Part shown: positions 1 through 10,200 of the stretch, one piece after another | Position numbering within the stretch: position 1 is the stretch's first letter | Layout of the letters: every line of letters starts with the position of its first letter | Source: an uncultured Lachnospiraceae bacterium | Lineage (GTDB): Bacteria; Bacillota; Clostridia; Lachnospirales; Lachnospiraceae | Direction of reading: 5' to 3' | NCBI GenBank assembly: GCA_905235345.1 | Contig: CAJOLO010000001.1 | Span: 1 to 44,840, forward strand | DNA length: 44,840 nucleotides | Position numbers and translations under genes: made by a program | The notes under the pieces: generated by a model | The model's input: the letters and a program-made list of their open reading frames with translations, nothing else | Told to the model about the DNA's origin: nothing | Database searches by the model: none

Positions 1-137
1 AACGAAGTGAGCTTAGTTCGAAGGTATGCTTTAGCTCGTGCCTGTGATGGAACTGTATAATATGTACAATTCTGAAGATATAAACAAGAGTTTCGCAATC
101 ACCTAATAATAATATGAAAATGACAGGGGAAAGATAT

Positions 138-896
138 ATGTCAGCAGAAATTGATTACAAATCCATGAGAATAGCACCGATCGCAATATTGTCATTGCTG
201 TTGTTTATGTCATTACTTGACATAAACGTGTTCGTTATTTTGCTTTCTTCCGAAACAGGAATTCAGGGAATTGCTTTATTAAGCAGTATTGATTCCTTGT
301 ATTATATCTGCGAATTCTTGTATATTACCGCTTTGATTGTAGTGCTGGTGAGTCTTTATAGAATGCATGACATTTCGGAAAACTATAATTATGCATGGAT
401 TATATTTGTTTTTCAAATGATAGGTGATATGCTAAATCAGATGATCGGAATATTCACAAGATTGAGTGAGAACGTATTGATTATGGGTATCATATCAGGT
501 GTGTTTGATATGCTTCCTAAGCTGTGCGTTATGATTGGAGTCGTAACTTTGCTTGATGTTTTGACAAAAATGTGCAGTGAGATGAATGGTATAGGCAGCA
601 ACTCCGTTTCCGTTAATGAAATCCTTCCTGATGCCCATATAAAGAACCTGAAAAAAACATGGATTGCTACAGAGCTGATACGTATTGCCTTATTGTTTCC
701 GTTATTAGTAAGCATGCATATTGTGGTGTCGGCGGGAACAGTGATGTCAGGGACTCTTTTCGGTATGGTAAAGATTCTTATAGGATTGTCAATAGTACTG
801 CTTCTTATACACATTATTATTTCAATAATTGTTTTTGGGAAGATTCGGAAGGTATTTAGAAGCTATTACTTATATAGATATAACAAGGGAGTATGA
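138..896 (+). CDS. Polytopic integral membrane protein of unknown function, first gene ahead of the two-component pair
   Basis: ORF track 114..896. The AGGGGAAAG RBS at 125-133 favours ATG 138. About 7-8 hydrophobic helices and no catalytic motif recognised. Confidence 0.6.
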   Translation: MSAEIDYKSMRIAPIAILSLLLFMSLLDINVFVILLSSETGIQGIALLSSIDSLYYICEFLYITALIVVLVSLYRMHDISENYNYAWIIFVFQMIGDMLNQMIGIFTRLSENVLIMGIISGVFDMLPKLCVMIGVVTLLDVLTKMCSEMNGIGSNSVSVNEILPDAHIKNLKKTWIATELIRIALLFPLLVSMHIVVSAGTVMSGTLFGMVKILIGLSIVLLLIHIIISIIVFGKIRKVFRSYYLYRYNKGV

Positions 897-984
897 ACAG
901 AAGGCATACTTGTATTCGATATAGTTATGGTACTTAGTGGCATTAGTAATCTTATTAAACGAAAGACACAGGGAGGTGGATTTA

Positions 985-2226
985 TTGCAGGGGGTGGATA
1001 TCGATATATATGAAGTGCGGGAAGCAATACATACAGTGACAGTATTTGGCTCAGCATTTCTTCTTCTGACACTCATTATCGTTATAACGCTGATGAAGAA
1101 TTACAGCAAGCGTATGAGATGGTTCATAGCAGCCGTTCTTACCACTATGGGAGGAGTGATATTTGAATTCATTGCAGGCGGATGCCTTGTTAATGATATA
1201 TTCAGTTCGACAGATGGGTGTTTATTGTGTGCGAACATATTTTATGCCGTTGTTGCCCCGATATTCACGTTGTATTTCATAGAGACAGAGGTGGATGAGG
1301 GACAGGTTTGGGATCGCCGGTTCTGGTTTGTCCTTCAGGGACTTTTTTCGTTACTTACAATTACACTCATGTTATTTTCGCAAGTCAACTACGCGAGATG
1401 GGTGGCTTTTCTTATGGAATATGTGATCATTATTATCATGTTGCTTATTTCACCAAAGGATATCAGAGAATGTATCGGTTTCATAATAGGATGTATGTTC
1501 CCTATCGGGGTATCATTTCTGGGAATGATGGATAAAGGTCTTAATGTTACCGCAATCGGAATATCAATGTTTTTGCTGGTAGTAATGTTCGTATATCAGA
1601 TTGATGTAGATCGTGAGTTGTTCACCAAGAAGGCGGATCTTTCGGAGAATAAGGTTGCATTGATGATGGAACAGATACATCCTCATTTTATATATAATTC
1701 GTTGCAACAGATCGTTCTACTGTGTGACGAGGATGCGAAGGCGGTAAAGCCTGCAATACTTAACTTCTCCGAATATCTTAGGAAGAATCTGGAATCACTT
1801 ACAAGTGTTGAATTGATTCCTTTTCTTGAGGAGATGAAGCACGTTGATATGTTTATTGAGCTTTCAAGGATTATGCCGTCAAGGAATTTCAATGTGGTGA
1901 AGAAGCTTGAGGTCACGGATTTTAATATCCCTGCACTTACACTGCAGCCTCTTGTGGAAAATGCCATCAAATACGGGATAGGAATGAGTACTGAGGGAGA
2001 CAGTATTGTTATATGCTCTAAGATTGAAAAAGGCTATTATGTTATAACAATATCGGATGATGGACATGGTATAAAGACTGAGCTTTCAACACAGAAGGAA
2101 CACAAGAGTGTTGGCATCGGGAATGTACGGACAAGGCTAAAACTTATGTGCAACGGCGAATTGTCTATAAAGCAGACGAAGCAGGGCACTATTCAGATCA
2201 TAAAGATACCGATATTGGATAAATGA
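985..2226 (+). CDS. Sensor histidine kinase, LytS/YesM-type (multi-TM sensor, His_kinase region and HATPase_c)
   Basis: ORF track 937..2226 with a GTG start. GGGAGGTGG at 971-979 favours TTG 985, so the start is uncertain. H-box HPHFIYNSL, N-box LVENAIKYGI, G-boxes DDGHGI and GIGNVRTRL, with 5-6 N-terminal TM helices. Confidence 0.85.
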   Translation: MQGVDIDIYEVREAIHTVTVFGSAFLLLTLIIVITLMKNYSKRMRWFIAAVLTTMGGVIFEFIAGGCLVNDIFSSTDGCLLCANIFYAVVAPIFTLYFIETEVDEGQVWDRRFWFVLQGLFSLLTITLMLFSQVNYARWVAFLMEYVIIIIMLLISPKDIRECIGFIIGCMFPIGVSFLGMMDKGLNVTAIGISMFLLVVMFVYQIDVDRELFTKKADLSENKVALMMEQIHPHFIYNSLQQIVLLCDEDAKAVKPAILNFSEYLRKNLESLTSVELIPFLEEMKHVDMFIELSRIMPSRNFNVVKKLEVTDFNIPALTLQPLVENAIKYGIGMSTEGDSIVICSKIEKGYYVITISDDGHGIKTELSTQKEHKSVGIGNVRTRLKLMCNGELSIKQTKQGTIQIIKIPILDK

Positions 2227-2301
2227 TAACCAGTGATATATGAGATATATAGAGATGAATTCGAATTAAGCTGAAATACGGATATACAGGGAGGGATGCG
2301 T

Positions 2302-3114
2302 ATGATAACAATATCTGTTGATGATCAGGTTACTGTGGCACAGGAAATGGTGAAGATGATGAAAGAGATCGATCCGGAAGGGGAGCATTCATCATATTCT
2401 GATTATGAAAATGCACTTGAGTATGTTGAAAAGAGGCTTCCTGACGTGGCGTGGCTCGATATTGAGATGCCAGGGGTAAGCGGCTTAGAGATGGCTAAGA
2501 GGATCAAGGAGATCTCGCCAAAGACGAATATAGTTTTTGTAACCGGACATGAGAAGTTTGCTTATCAATCCTTTAAGCTGCATGCCAGTGGATTTATATT
2601 AAAGCCTTTCAGGAAGGAAGATATAGAAAGAGAGCTTGAGAATCTTCGCAATCCAATCCTGAAAGAAGATAAGAAGAAAAGAATGAGAGTCCAATGTTTT
2701 GGAAATTTTGAAGTGTTTGACAAAAACGGAATTCCGGTAAGTTTTCAGAGAACCAAGAGCAAGGAACTGCTTGCATATCTTATAGACAGAAGAGGGGCGT
2801 TGTGTTCGATTAATGATATCTGCAATGTGTTCTTTGAGGAAGAAGGGGATGAGCGGTCAATGAAGAGCAGACTCAGACTGTTCTTCTCAAAGCTCAAACA
2901 GGATCTTGAAAAGGCAGGTGTAGGAGATGTGATTGTAAAAGAGTGGAATGCCTATGGAATTGATACGTCAAAGATAGATTGTGATTACTATGACTACCTG
3001 AAAGGTGATATTATTGCAATCAATTCGTTTCAGGGCGAGTATATGTCCCAGTACTCATGGGCAGAGATGACATTAGGCGATCTTATAATGAAATCAGGGA
3101 ATGTTTATTATTAA
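2302..3114 (+). CDS. Response regulator with a REC domain fused to a SARP-type winged-helix plus short BTAD-like segment (COG3947-like)
   Basis: ORF track 2296. The RBS AGGGAGGG at 2288-2295 favours ATG 2302. REC motifs include DVAWLDIEMPGVSG (phospho-Asp) and the FVTGH / ASGFILKP region. The C-terminal half, MRVQCFGNFEVF..KELLAYLIDRRG..DCDYYDYL, matches the SARP/OmpR wHTH pattern. Confidence 0.85.
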   Translation: MITISVDDQVTVAQEMVKMMKEIDPEGEHSSYSDYENALEYVEKRLPDVAWLDIEMPGVSGLEMAKRIKEISPKTNIVFVTGHEKFAYQSFKLHASGFILKPFRKEDIERELENLRNPILKEDKKKRMRVQCFGNFEVFDKNGIPVSFQRTKSKELLAYLIDRRGALCSINDICNVFFEEEGDERSMKSRLRLFFSKLKQDLEKAGVGDVIVKEWNAYGIDTSKIDCDYYDYLKGDIIAINSFQGEYMSQYSWAEMTLGDLIMKSGNVYY

Positions 3115-3136
3115 TGTATCATATGTTTTTGGATGT

Positions 3137-3169
3137 GTTGCACTTTTGTTGCACTTTGCATTGTATAAT
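3137..3169 (+). promoter_or_regulatory. Motif copy P1: GTTGCAC(3137-3143)-4bp-GTTGCAC(3148-3154)-9bp-TATAAT(3164-3169). Candidate activator-dependent promoter of the pilin/T4SS operon.
   Basis: Read directly from the sequence. The same geometry recurs at 15250, 34394 and 35981. It lies about 150 nt upstream of ATG 3319. Confidence 0.65.
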
Positions 3170-3318
3170 ACATACATAAGCTGTAATGAATGTGATATAT
3201 CAGTTATTTAGAATTCTCCAGAGGGATTATCCAGACATTACGGACGAAACATAATGTAATGAGGGGCGGCGGATATCCCTCGAATCAATCTATAATTCAT
3301 ATTAAGGAGGAAAGCGTT

Positions 3319-3747
3319 ATGAAGAAAATGATGAAGAAATTGGAAAGCGCTAAGGGACTTAAGGTTATGAAGGTGTGTTCATTGACACTTGTAGCAGCAC
3401 TCACGGTACTCGCGTACAGCGGAGTAGCATTTGCCGCTCAGCAGGGCGCAGATCTTACTACTGTGGTTAATCCTGTTGTCGGTCTTATTAATTCTCTGAT
3501 CAATCCGTTACTTCTTCTTGTGGGTGCAGGTGGTGGTGTATATGCCATCATTCTTGGTTTTAAGTATGCAACGGCAGAAGAGCCACAGGAGAGAGAGAAG
3601 CGCAAGCAGGCGATTAAGACCTTCCTGATCGGATATGTACTCATTTTCGTACTTATGGTTGTATTGAAACTTGCCACACCTGCACTTGAAACATGGATGA
3701 CTAATTCTACTGCTGGAACTGTTACAACAACAGAGGCTGCACAATAG
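3319..3747 (+). CDS. VirB2/TrbC-like pilin-type small membrane protein (142 aa)
   Basis: ORF track 3259. AAGGAGG at 3304-3310 favours ATG 3319. Signal peptide with an AFA-AQ cleavage site, then two hydrophobic helices separated by the charged loop EEPQEREKRKQ. It sits first in the T4SS gene block. Confidence 0.55.
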   Translation: MKKMMKKLESAKGLKVMKVCSLTLVAALTVLAYSGVAFAAQQGADLTTVVNPVVGLINSLINPLLLLVGAGGGVYAIILGFKYATAEEPQEREKRKQAIKTFLIGYVLIFVLMVVLKLATPALETWMTNSTAGTVTTTEAAQ

Positions 3748-3782
3748 GAGTAGTAATTACAATTGAAGAAAACATATACTAC

Positions 3783-3810
3783 ATTGGTCAGGGATTAATC
3801 TCTGACCAAT
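3783..3810 (+). terminator. Near-perfect 14-bp-arm inverted repeat (ATTGGTCAGGGATT/AATCTCTGACCAAT) after the pilin gene. Possible partial terminator or attenuator.
   Basis: Palindrome seen directly, with one mismatch. There is no U-tract after it, so any termination is probably partial. Confidence 0.4.
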
Positions 3811-4013
3811 GAGTAGTATATGGCATACTCTATATACTATTCGTGGAATATGACACGATAATTATGTCATCTGCTCTTAGAGGTCAATTAGTATAAAGTA
3901 ATTATTGTAAATGTTGCCTGATTGTACCTGTTGTGATAAGGCTTACTATGATGGTAACGCCCGGGATATGTGACAGCTAAGCGGAGATAACAGATGTTCG
4001 GAGGTAATCATAT

Positions 4014-6038
4014 ATGAAGACATGGAAGAAGATTATAATGTACATAATCATATTCATACTTATATCAGGAACGGTGGGATTCTTTATTCGTTTATTTCCT
4101 GATATGTTAACTTCGGCATTGCAGGGACAGGAGAGTAAGATTGACTTCTCATTACTACTGTCAGCGAAGACATGGCTGTATGGTGCAGGTGCAGGTTTCA
4201 TTGTTGTGATTATATGGATGCTTTCCGGTAACCATCTCGACCACATGATAACAGATTCCAATGGAAGTCTGCTCGGCAAGAAGGGTGAGGTTGACAGGGT
4301 GGAGGGATCTCTTGAGAACAGCCGTTTTCTTACAGAAAAGGAGAGAGATAAGTATTTTCCCGAACATCTATACAGTGAGCTGAATAAGGTTGAGAAGGAT
4401 GGTATCCCCGTAAGGGCGGTACTTAACAATAAAAAGATGTTGGAGGTCAACTTCCTGCCGGGCGCACATTCACTTATAATCGGCGCTACCGGTTCCGGTA
4501 AAACAACCACATTTATCAACCCTATGATACAGCTTCTTGCATCCACATCAGCGGGAAGCTCTATGATCATGACGGACCCTAAGGGAGAGCTTTTTGATCT
4601 GCATTCCCAGTATCTTACGGAGCGTGGTTATAAGGTGCTTCTTTTAGACCTGCGTGATACATATTCATCTTCAAGGTGGAATCCGTTAGACGGAATATGG
4701 GATATGTATCAGGACTATGTGGAGGCAGGCAAAGACATCAGGATGCACAAAGACAGTATGGCTGACTATCCGGACCTTAAGAGAATGGATGGTGAGGCAG
4801 AACCGGGAAGTACATGGGTTGAGTGGAGAGGGAAGGCTTATGCGGATCTTTCCCACTGTCAGGATGATGTGTCAGTAACAAGGCAGAGATATTACGATGA
4901 GATGTACGAGGATCTGAACGATCTGGTATCCGTTATCTGTCCGATTGAGAATGAGAAGGATCCTGTATGGGAGAAGGGTGCCCGTTCCATCATTATGAGT
5001 ACATGTCTTGCCATGCTTGAGGATTCTGAGGATGAAAGACTTGGTATGACCAAAGATAAGTTCAACTTCTTCAATATCAATAAGGCACTCACCAATTCAG
5101 AGAATGATTTTGCCGCATTAAAGGATTATTTTGAGGGCAGGAGCAAGCTGTCTCAGGCTTATACCCTTTCAAGGCAGGTGCTTTCTGCGGCAGATACAAC
5201 ACTATCTTCGTACATGTCCATAACATTTGATAAGCTTAATATGTTCAATGACAGGGGACTGTGTGGTCTTACCTCGGCAACGGATGTTGAGGCTGAGAAG
5301 TTCGCAGAACAGCCGACGGCACTCTTTATGAAGATTCCCGATGAGAAGGACACAAGGCACGGACTTGCGGCTGTATTTATCCTCTGTATGTATAAAGCAC
5401 TGATCAAAGTGGCGTCGGCAAGAGAGGATCTGTCACTGCCCCGTAATGTATATTTCATCCTTGATGAGTTCGGTAATATGCCTAAGATAGAGAAGTTCGA
5501 CAAGATGATCACTGTCGGACGTTCCAGAAAGATATGGTTTAACATGGTGGTACAGTCCTATTCACAGCTTAATAATGTTTATGGTGAAAAGGTAGCGGAT
5601 ATAGTGAAGTCTAACTGTGGTATGAAGATGTTCATCGGTTCTAATGATATCGGAACCTGTGAGGAGTTCTCGAAGCTTTGCGGTAATATGACGGTTCGTA
5701 CTACGTCCACGTCATCATCTATCGGAGCTAAAGCGGGCGAGATGAATCTGTCTTCCCAGACACAGGTCAGACCTCTTATATATCCGTCTGAGCTGCAGAT
5801 GCTTAACAATAAGGAGAGTACAGGTAATGCGATAATTGTTACATTCGGCAATTATCCGTTAAAGACAAAATATACACCAAGTTATTTATGCCCTTACTAT
5901 AAGATGGGACGAATGAACATGGATGAACTTAGAAGTCATATGTTCAGAGCTGACGAGGTGTACTATGATCTTGATGAGAGAAATGATATTGTGCTCGGCA
6001 AGAGTGACGAAGATGATGGCGAATATGAGGCATCGTGA
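4014..6038 (+). CDS. virD4: Type IV coupling protein, VirD4/TraG family ATPase
   Basis: GGAGG RBS at 4000-4004. N-terminal TM helices, Walker A IIGATGSGKTT, Walker B YFILDEFGNMP, and the VVQSYSQL..YG motif typical of TraG/VirD4. Confidence 0.9.
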   Translation: MKTWKKIIMYIIIFILISGTVGFFIRLFPDMLTSALQGQESKIDFSLLLSAKTWLYGAGAGFIVVIIWMLSGNHLDHMITDSNGSLLGKKGEVDRVEGSLENSRFLTEKERDKYFPEHLYSELNKVEKDGIPVRAVLNNKKMLEVNFLPGAHSLIIGATGSGKTTTFINPMIQLLASTSAGSSMIMTDPKGELFDLHSQYLTERGYKVLLLDLRDTYSSSRWNPLDGIWDMYQDYVEAGKDIRMHKDSMADYPDLKRMDGEAEPGSTWVEWRGKAYADLSHCQDDVSVTRQRYYDEMYEDLNDLVSVICPIENEKDPVWEKGARSIIMSTCLAMLEDSEDERLGMTKDKFNFFNINKALTNSENDFAALKDYFEGRSKLSQAYTLSRQVLSAADTTLSSYMSITFDKLNMFNDRGLCGLTSATDVEAEKFAEQPTALFMKIPDEKDTRHGLAAVFILCMYKALIKVASAREDLSLPRNVYFILDEFGNMPKIEKFDKMITVGRSRKIWFNMVVQSYSQLNNVYGEKVADIVKSNCGMKMFIGSNDIGTCEEFSKLCGNMTVRTTSTSSSIGAKAGEMNLSSQTQVRPLIYPSELQMLNNKESTGNAIIVTFGNYPLKTKYTPSYLCPYYKMGRMNMDELRSHMFRADEVYYDLDERNDIVLGKSDEDDGEYEAS

Positions 6039-6060
6039 TTATGTGTGATAGGAGTTTTCA

Positions 6061-7113
6061 ATGAGAAGAAAGATATCAGCAGGTTTGAAATTGAATATGG
6101 CTGTAATGTTTACTGCAGGTATTGTTATCTTATGGGTGTCCTATTGTATCAGTACTCCTTTGACGGTACATGCTGTTGGCCTTGAAGACTCGGAGACAGT
6201 CGACATAGACGTTTCCACGACGGAAGCGGATGCAACTGAGTCGGATTTTGATTATGAAGGTCCAATAGATATTATCACCCGAGAACCGATCCCGGAGAAT
6301 GGTGATCAGGATATTACCCAGAGAGTCAATATATCAGATGGTTCCGTCTATGACAGGGCAACCGGATACTTTGTGTACGCTGTTGATAACGGTTCGGTGA
6401 GTATCAGTGTGGCGGATGGCATGATGGTAACCGGAGATGTAATGCTTGCCAGGAGTGAGAATGCTAATGTAAGACTGTATAAGGATGGGGAGCCTCTGGA
6501 TGAATTACCGGGACTTATTAATTCTCCGGGTTCCTATGCTATTGTAAGCGGTGACGACGAAAGTAATGGGCAGATTATGGGATTTCGGGTGCTTAGTGAG
6601 ATTACGGGAGCAGTTAACCAGTATAGTCTTCCTAAGGGCTTCAGTGTAAGAAGCGTGGTGATCAATGGTGAAGACGCTGTGTTTGACTACGGTGTTGTGG
6701 ATATGACAGCCGAGGGGAAATACGATATCAATTATATATGCTCCGATAATGGCATTTCATATTACTTGCGTGTGACGGTGGATCACACTCCGCCACAGGT
6801 GACATTTGAAGGTCTTGATGACAATAACAGAGCCAAGGGTCCGGTTACAATAACCGGACTTGAGGAGGGAGATACCGTATCCGTTATATCAGGCAGTACG
6901 GTTAAGAAATTGAACGCCAATTCACAGATCGTGGAAAGTGGTAATTACCGTGTTGTGGTATCTGATTTGGCCGGCAATTATATTGAGAAGGAATTCAAGA
7001 TAATGGTATATCTTAATCTGCAGGCATGGATGCTGTTTGGACTTTTGCTTCTCATCATAGTCGGATTGGCAGTTGCACTGGTAATTACAAGAAAAAGACT
7101 GAGGGTAAGGTAG
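6061..7113 (+). CDS. Bitopic surface protein with an N-terminal signal/anchor, an Ig-like domain and a C-terminal TM plus basic tail
   Basis: AGGAG RBS at 6050-6054. N-terminal hydrophobic segment, GNYRVVVSDLAGNYIEKEFKI (an Ig-like AGN motif), and a C-terminal helix followed by TRKRLRVR. No LPXTG. Confidence 0.6.
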   Translation: MRRKISAGLKLNMAVMFTAGIVILWVSYCISTPLTVHAVGLEDSETVDIDVSTTEADATESDFDYEGPIDIITREPIPENGDQDITQRVNISDGSVYDRATGYFVYAVDNGSVSISVADGMMVTGDVMLARSENANVRLYKDGEPLDELPGLINSPGSYAIVSGDDESNGQIMGFRVLSEITGAVNQYSLPKGFSVRSVVINGEDAVFDYGVVDMTAEGKYDINYICSDNGISYYLRVTVDHTPPQVTFEGLDDNNRAKGPVTITGLEEGDTVSVISGSTVKKLNANSQIVESGNYRVVVSDLAGNYIEKEFKIMVYLNLQAWMLFGLLLLIIVGLAVALVITRKRLRVR

Positions 7114-7203
7114 AAGGATTTGTCAATCCGTAAAGTAATATAGATTTTTCAAGACATGGATACCGGAATAAAGCAACAGGCATTACAGAATAGGAGAACG
7201 CTT

Positions 7204-10200
7204 ATGAATACATTATTTTTTTCAATGCCGTATCTGATTGATATCGGCGGGGCAATTGAAGATTTTTTTCAGGAATTAATAGAGAATTATGTATTCGCAA
7301 TATTCTATTATATTGAGATTGCAATGTTATATGTCCTGAAACTTCTTGAGGATATTATGCTTATCTTTACAGGTGAGGCTCCGGTTGTGTATAACGGCGA
7401 AGAAAACTCCCTGCTTAATGTGTTCTTCAGCCATGATTCCGTAAGAGGTGTATATATGGGAATCGGAATGGTGGGAATCATATTCGCATTTGCCTTTGCT
7501 ATTGTGTCGGTTATAAGGAAGATGTTTGATTCAAGAGGCAAATATCAGAGCCTTACATTGGGTGCGATATTGGGCAATCTGTTAAAAAGTATTCTTCTCA
7601 TATTTGGCATGAATGCAATCCTTCTCGTATCGATCAATGCGACGAACATCCTTCTTCAGGCGGTAAATGATTCCTTTATATTGTCGAATGATCTTGTCAC
7701 AGGTGCAGGTACGCCTATAGAATTCACGGATGAGCAGTATGCCGCTATGGGAAGGATATTGAATACAATCGGTAATTATTCGCTGAATCCGTCTTATCGT
7801 TCCAGATACAATCTGAATGCCTGCTACAATGATATAAGAACGGATCTTAAGTATCTTGGAGACCAGGGGGTGTTCAGATACCATTATGAATCTTATGATG
7901 AGAATGATAATGAGATCATTACATGGCAGAGTCTTATGGAGGAGTTAGGCACTGCTTATGATTATAATAAAGAGACTACATTAGATACTTATGATGACGG
8001 TATTACCAATGCTATATTGGATTGTATGGAGATCATAAAACAGAATCCCAATATCAGGGTGCTCAAGAGCTATCAGGGAACAACGCATGAGTACACCGGA
8101 AGGGTATCACTTGACAGGATCATGTTTCTGGTAGGAACCATGGGAACCGTCAATACTGCGGCTGCGAGAAATGATGCATATAACAGGGATCCTAATTTCT
8201 ATGATAATATCAGAGCTCCGTTCTATTATGGATCTAAGGATATGTACAGTTTCAGTCAGGTAAGAGAGGTATTCTCGGTAAGTCCTCTTAAGATGAATTA
8301 TGTGATTGTATTTATAAGCACCTATGAGATTGCAATGGAGATGATGATTGTAATAGTGACCTGCGGTGTAAGAATATTCAATCTTCTTGCACTCTATCTG
8401 GTAGCACCACTGGCAATTGCTACGATGCCTATGGATGACGGTGCAAAGTTCAAACAGTGGACGACCGCATTCGTTGTTCAGTTGCTCAGTGTGCTGGGTA
8501 TGGTAATTGCCATAAGGCTTTTCATATTGTTGCTCCCTATCATATGGAGTCCTGCACTATCGGTTGGTGATGCAGGCGTTGCGTTGGAAGATTGGGATGT
8601 ATCAAGCACAGAAGCTACACTTAATTTAGTCAATAAGTTACTGAATCTTCTTCTTACGATGATACTTAAGATTGTTCTTACATATACGGCTGTTCAGGCT
8701 ATCAATAAGGTGAATGGTATATTTACGGGCATTCTTGCGGACAACGCCGGAATGCAGGCCATTACAGCAGGTGATATGAGAAAAGAATTCGCTGAAACAG
8801 GCGTAGGTAGGTTCATGAATGCACATAAGCCACTTGGTGGAACCAAACAACAAAGTCAGGAGAAGAGACCGGTTAATGGCGGTGGGAAAGGTGGCGAAGG
8901 TAGTGAATCCGAAGCTGTTGATAAAACATCAAAGGGTATGCAGAAGGCTAATGCTAATGTTGCCAAACCTGGAGGCGGTAAAGATGGAGCAGATAAGAGA
9001 GAAAAGGATATGAAGATGCTTGATGCCGCTGTTAAACATGGTCAGGAGACTGGTCGCAGGATGGACGGCAAGAAGCTAAGTAAGGATGGTAAAGATCTTG
9101 CGATCATGAAGGGCACTCTGGAGCATATGCAGAAAGACGGCATGAATATGAAGGATGCCAAGGCTGCGGCTGAGAAGGATTACAAAGCTGACAAGGAGAA
9201 GAAGGATGCTGAGAATAAGTTCCATCAGAAAGAACTCAAAGCAGGACCTCCTGACAGGAATAAGGCTCAGAAGCAGGCAGCCAAGATGAAGGATTATGAT
9301 TATAAGGCGATGAAGAGAGATCTTGCATTCATGAAAGAAAATGGTTATCATGCGAATGGAGATGCGATTAAGCCGGGCGAACGGGCTCAGATGGAAGAGA
9401 CACTGAAGGCTTACGAGAATCAACAACGTGGAGACAGAGGTTCGTCGTCTGGAGGTTCGCAAACCGGTGATAGTACACCGGGTAGTCAGAACAGTCAGGT
9501 GGGCGGAACCACAGTTGCCGGAGTAGTCGGAGCAGCAACGAAGGGAGCCGAAGCCACAGTGAATGAAAGCGGAAGCGATACTGGACATATTCTTGAAAAT
9601 CAACGTAGTCAGGTGGATGGAAAAGAAAGTGACGGAAGTGGTTTGCAAGAAACGGGTGCGAATACAATTCCGAAGAGTCAGAGTGTTCAGGTAGGAGGAA
9701 ACAGTTCATTTGAAACAAGCACGGGTGCGAATACGATTCCGGAGAATCAGAGTGTTCAGGTAGGAGGAAACAGTTCATTTGAAACAAGCACGGGTGTGAA
9801 TACGATTCCGGAGAGTCAGAGTGCACAGGTAGGAGGAAACAGTTCATTTGAAACAAGCACGGGTGCGAATACGATTCCGGAGAATCAGAGTGCACAGGTA
9901 GGAGGAAACAGTTCATTTGAAACAAGCACGGGTGCGAATACGATTCCGGAGAGTCAGAGTGCACAGGTAGGAGGAAACAGTTCATATGAAACGAGCACGG
10001 GTGCGAATACGATTCCGGAGAATCAGAGTGTTCAGGTAGGAGGAAACAGTTCATATGAAACAAGCACGGGTGCGAACACGATTCCGGAGAATCAGAGTGT
10101 TCAGGTAGGAGGAAACAGTTCATTTGAAACAAGCACGGGTGCGAACACGATTCCGGAGAGTCAGAGTGTTCAGGCAGGCGAAAACAGTTCATATGAAACG

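Noticed and set aside
3138-3153. Resemblance of the motif to a sigma-54 promoter (TGGCAC-N5-TTGCW): P1 reads TTGCAC-TTTTG-TTGCA
   Set aside because: All four copies lack the near-invariant GG of the -24 element, reading TG or AG instead. P2 and P4 have TAGCG at the -12 position. All copies keep a sigma-70-like TAnnnT hexamer exactly 9 bp downstream. No AAA+ enhancer-binding protein is encoded in the window. An activator (SARP) site fits better, though this remains an untested alternative.
3977-4570. Antisense and out-of-frame ORFs nested in large genes. Examples: 3977..4570(-), 18620..19318(-), 14300..14695(+), 14342..14674(-), 28889..29317(-), 36904..37380(-), 39033..39479(-), 42473..42910(-)
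   Set aside because: All lie wholly within longer ORFs that have strong family motifs or RBSs. They lack RBSs and have low-complexity or repeat-driven composition. They are best explained as shadow ORFs.
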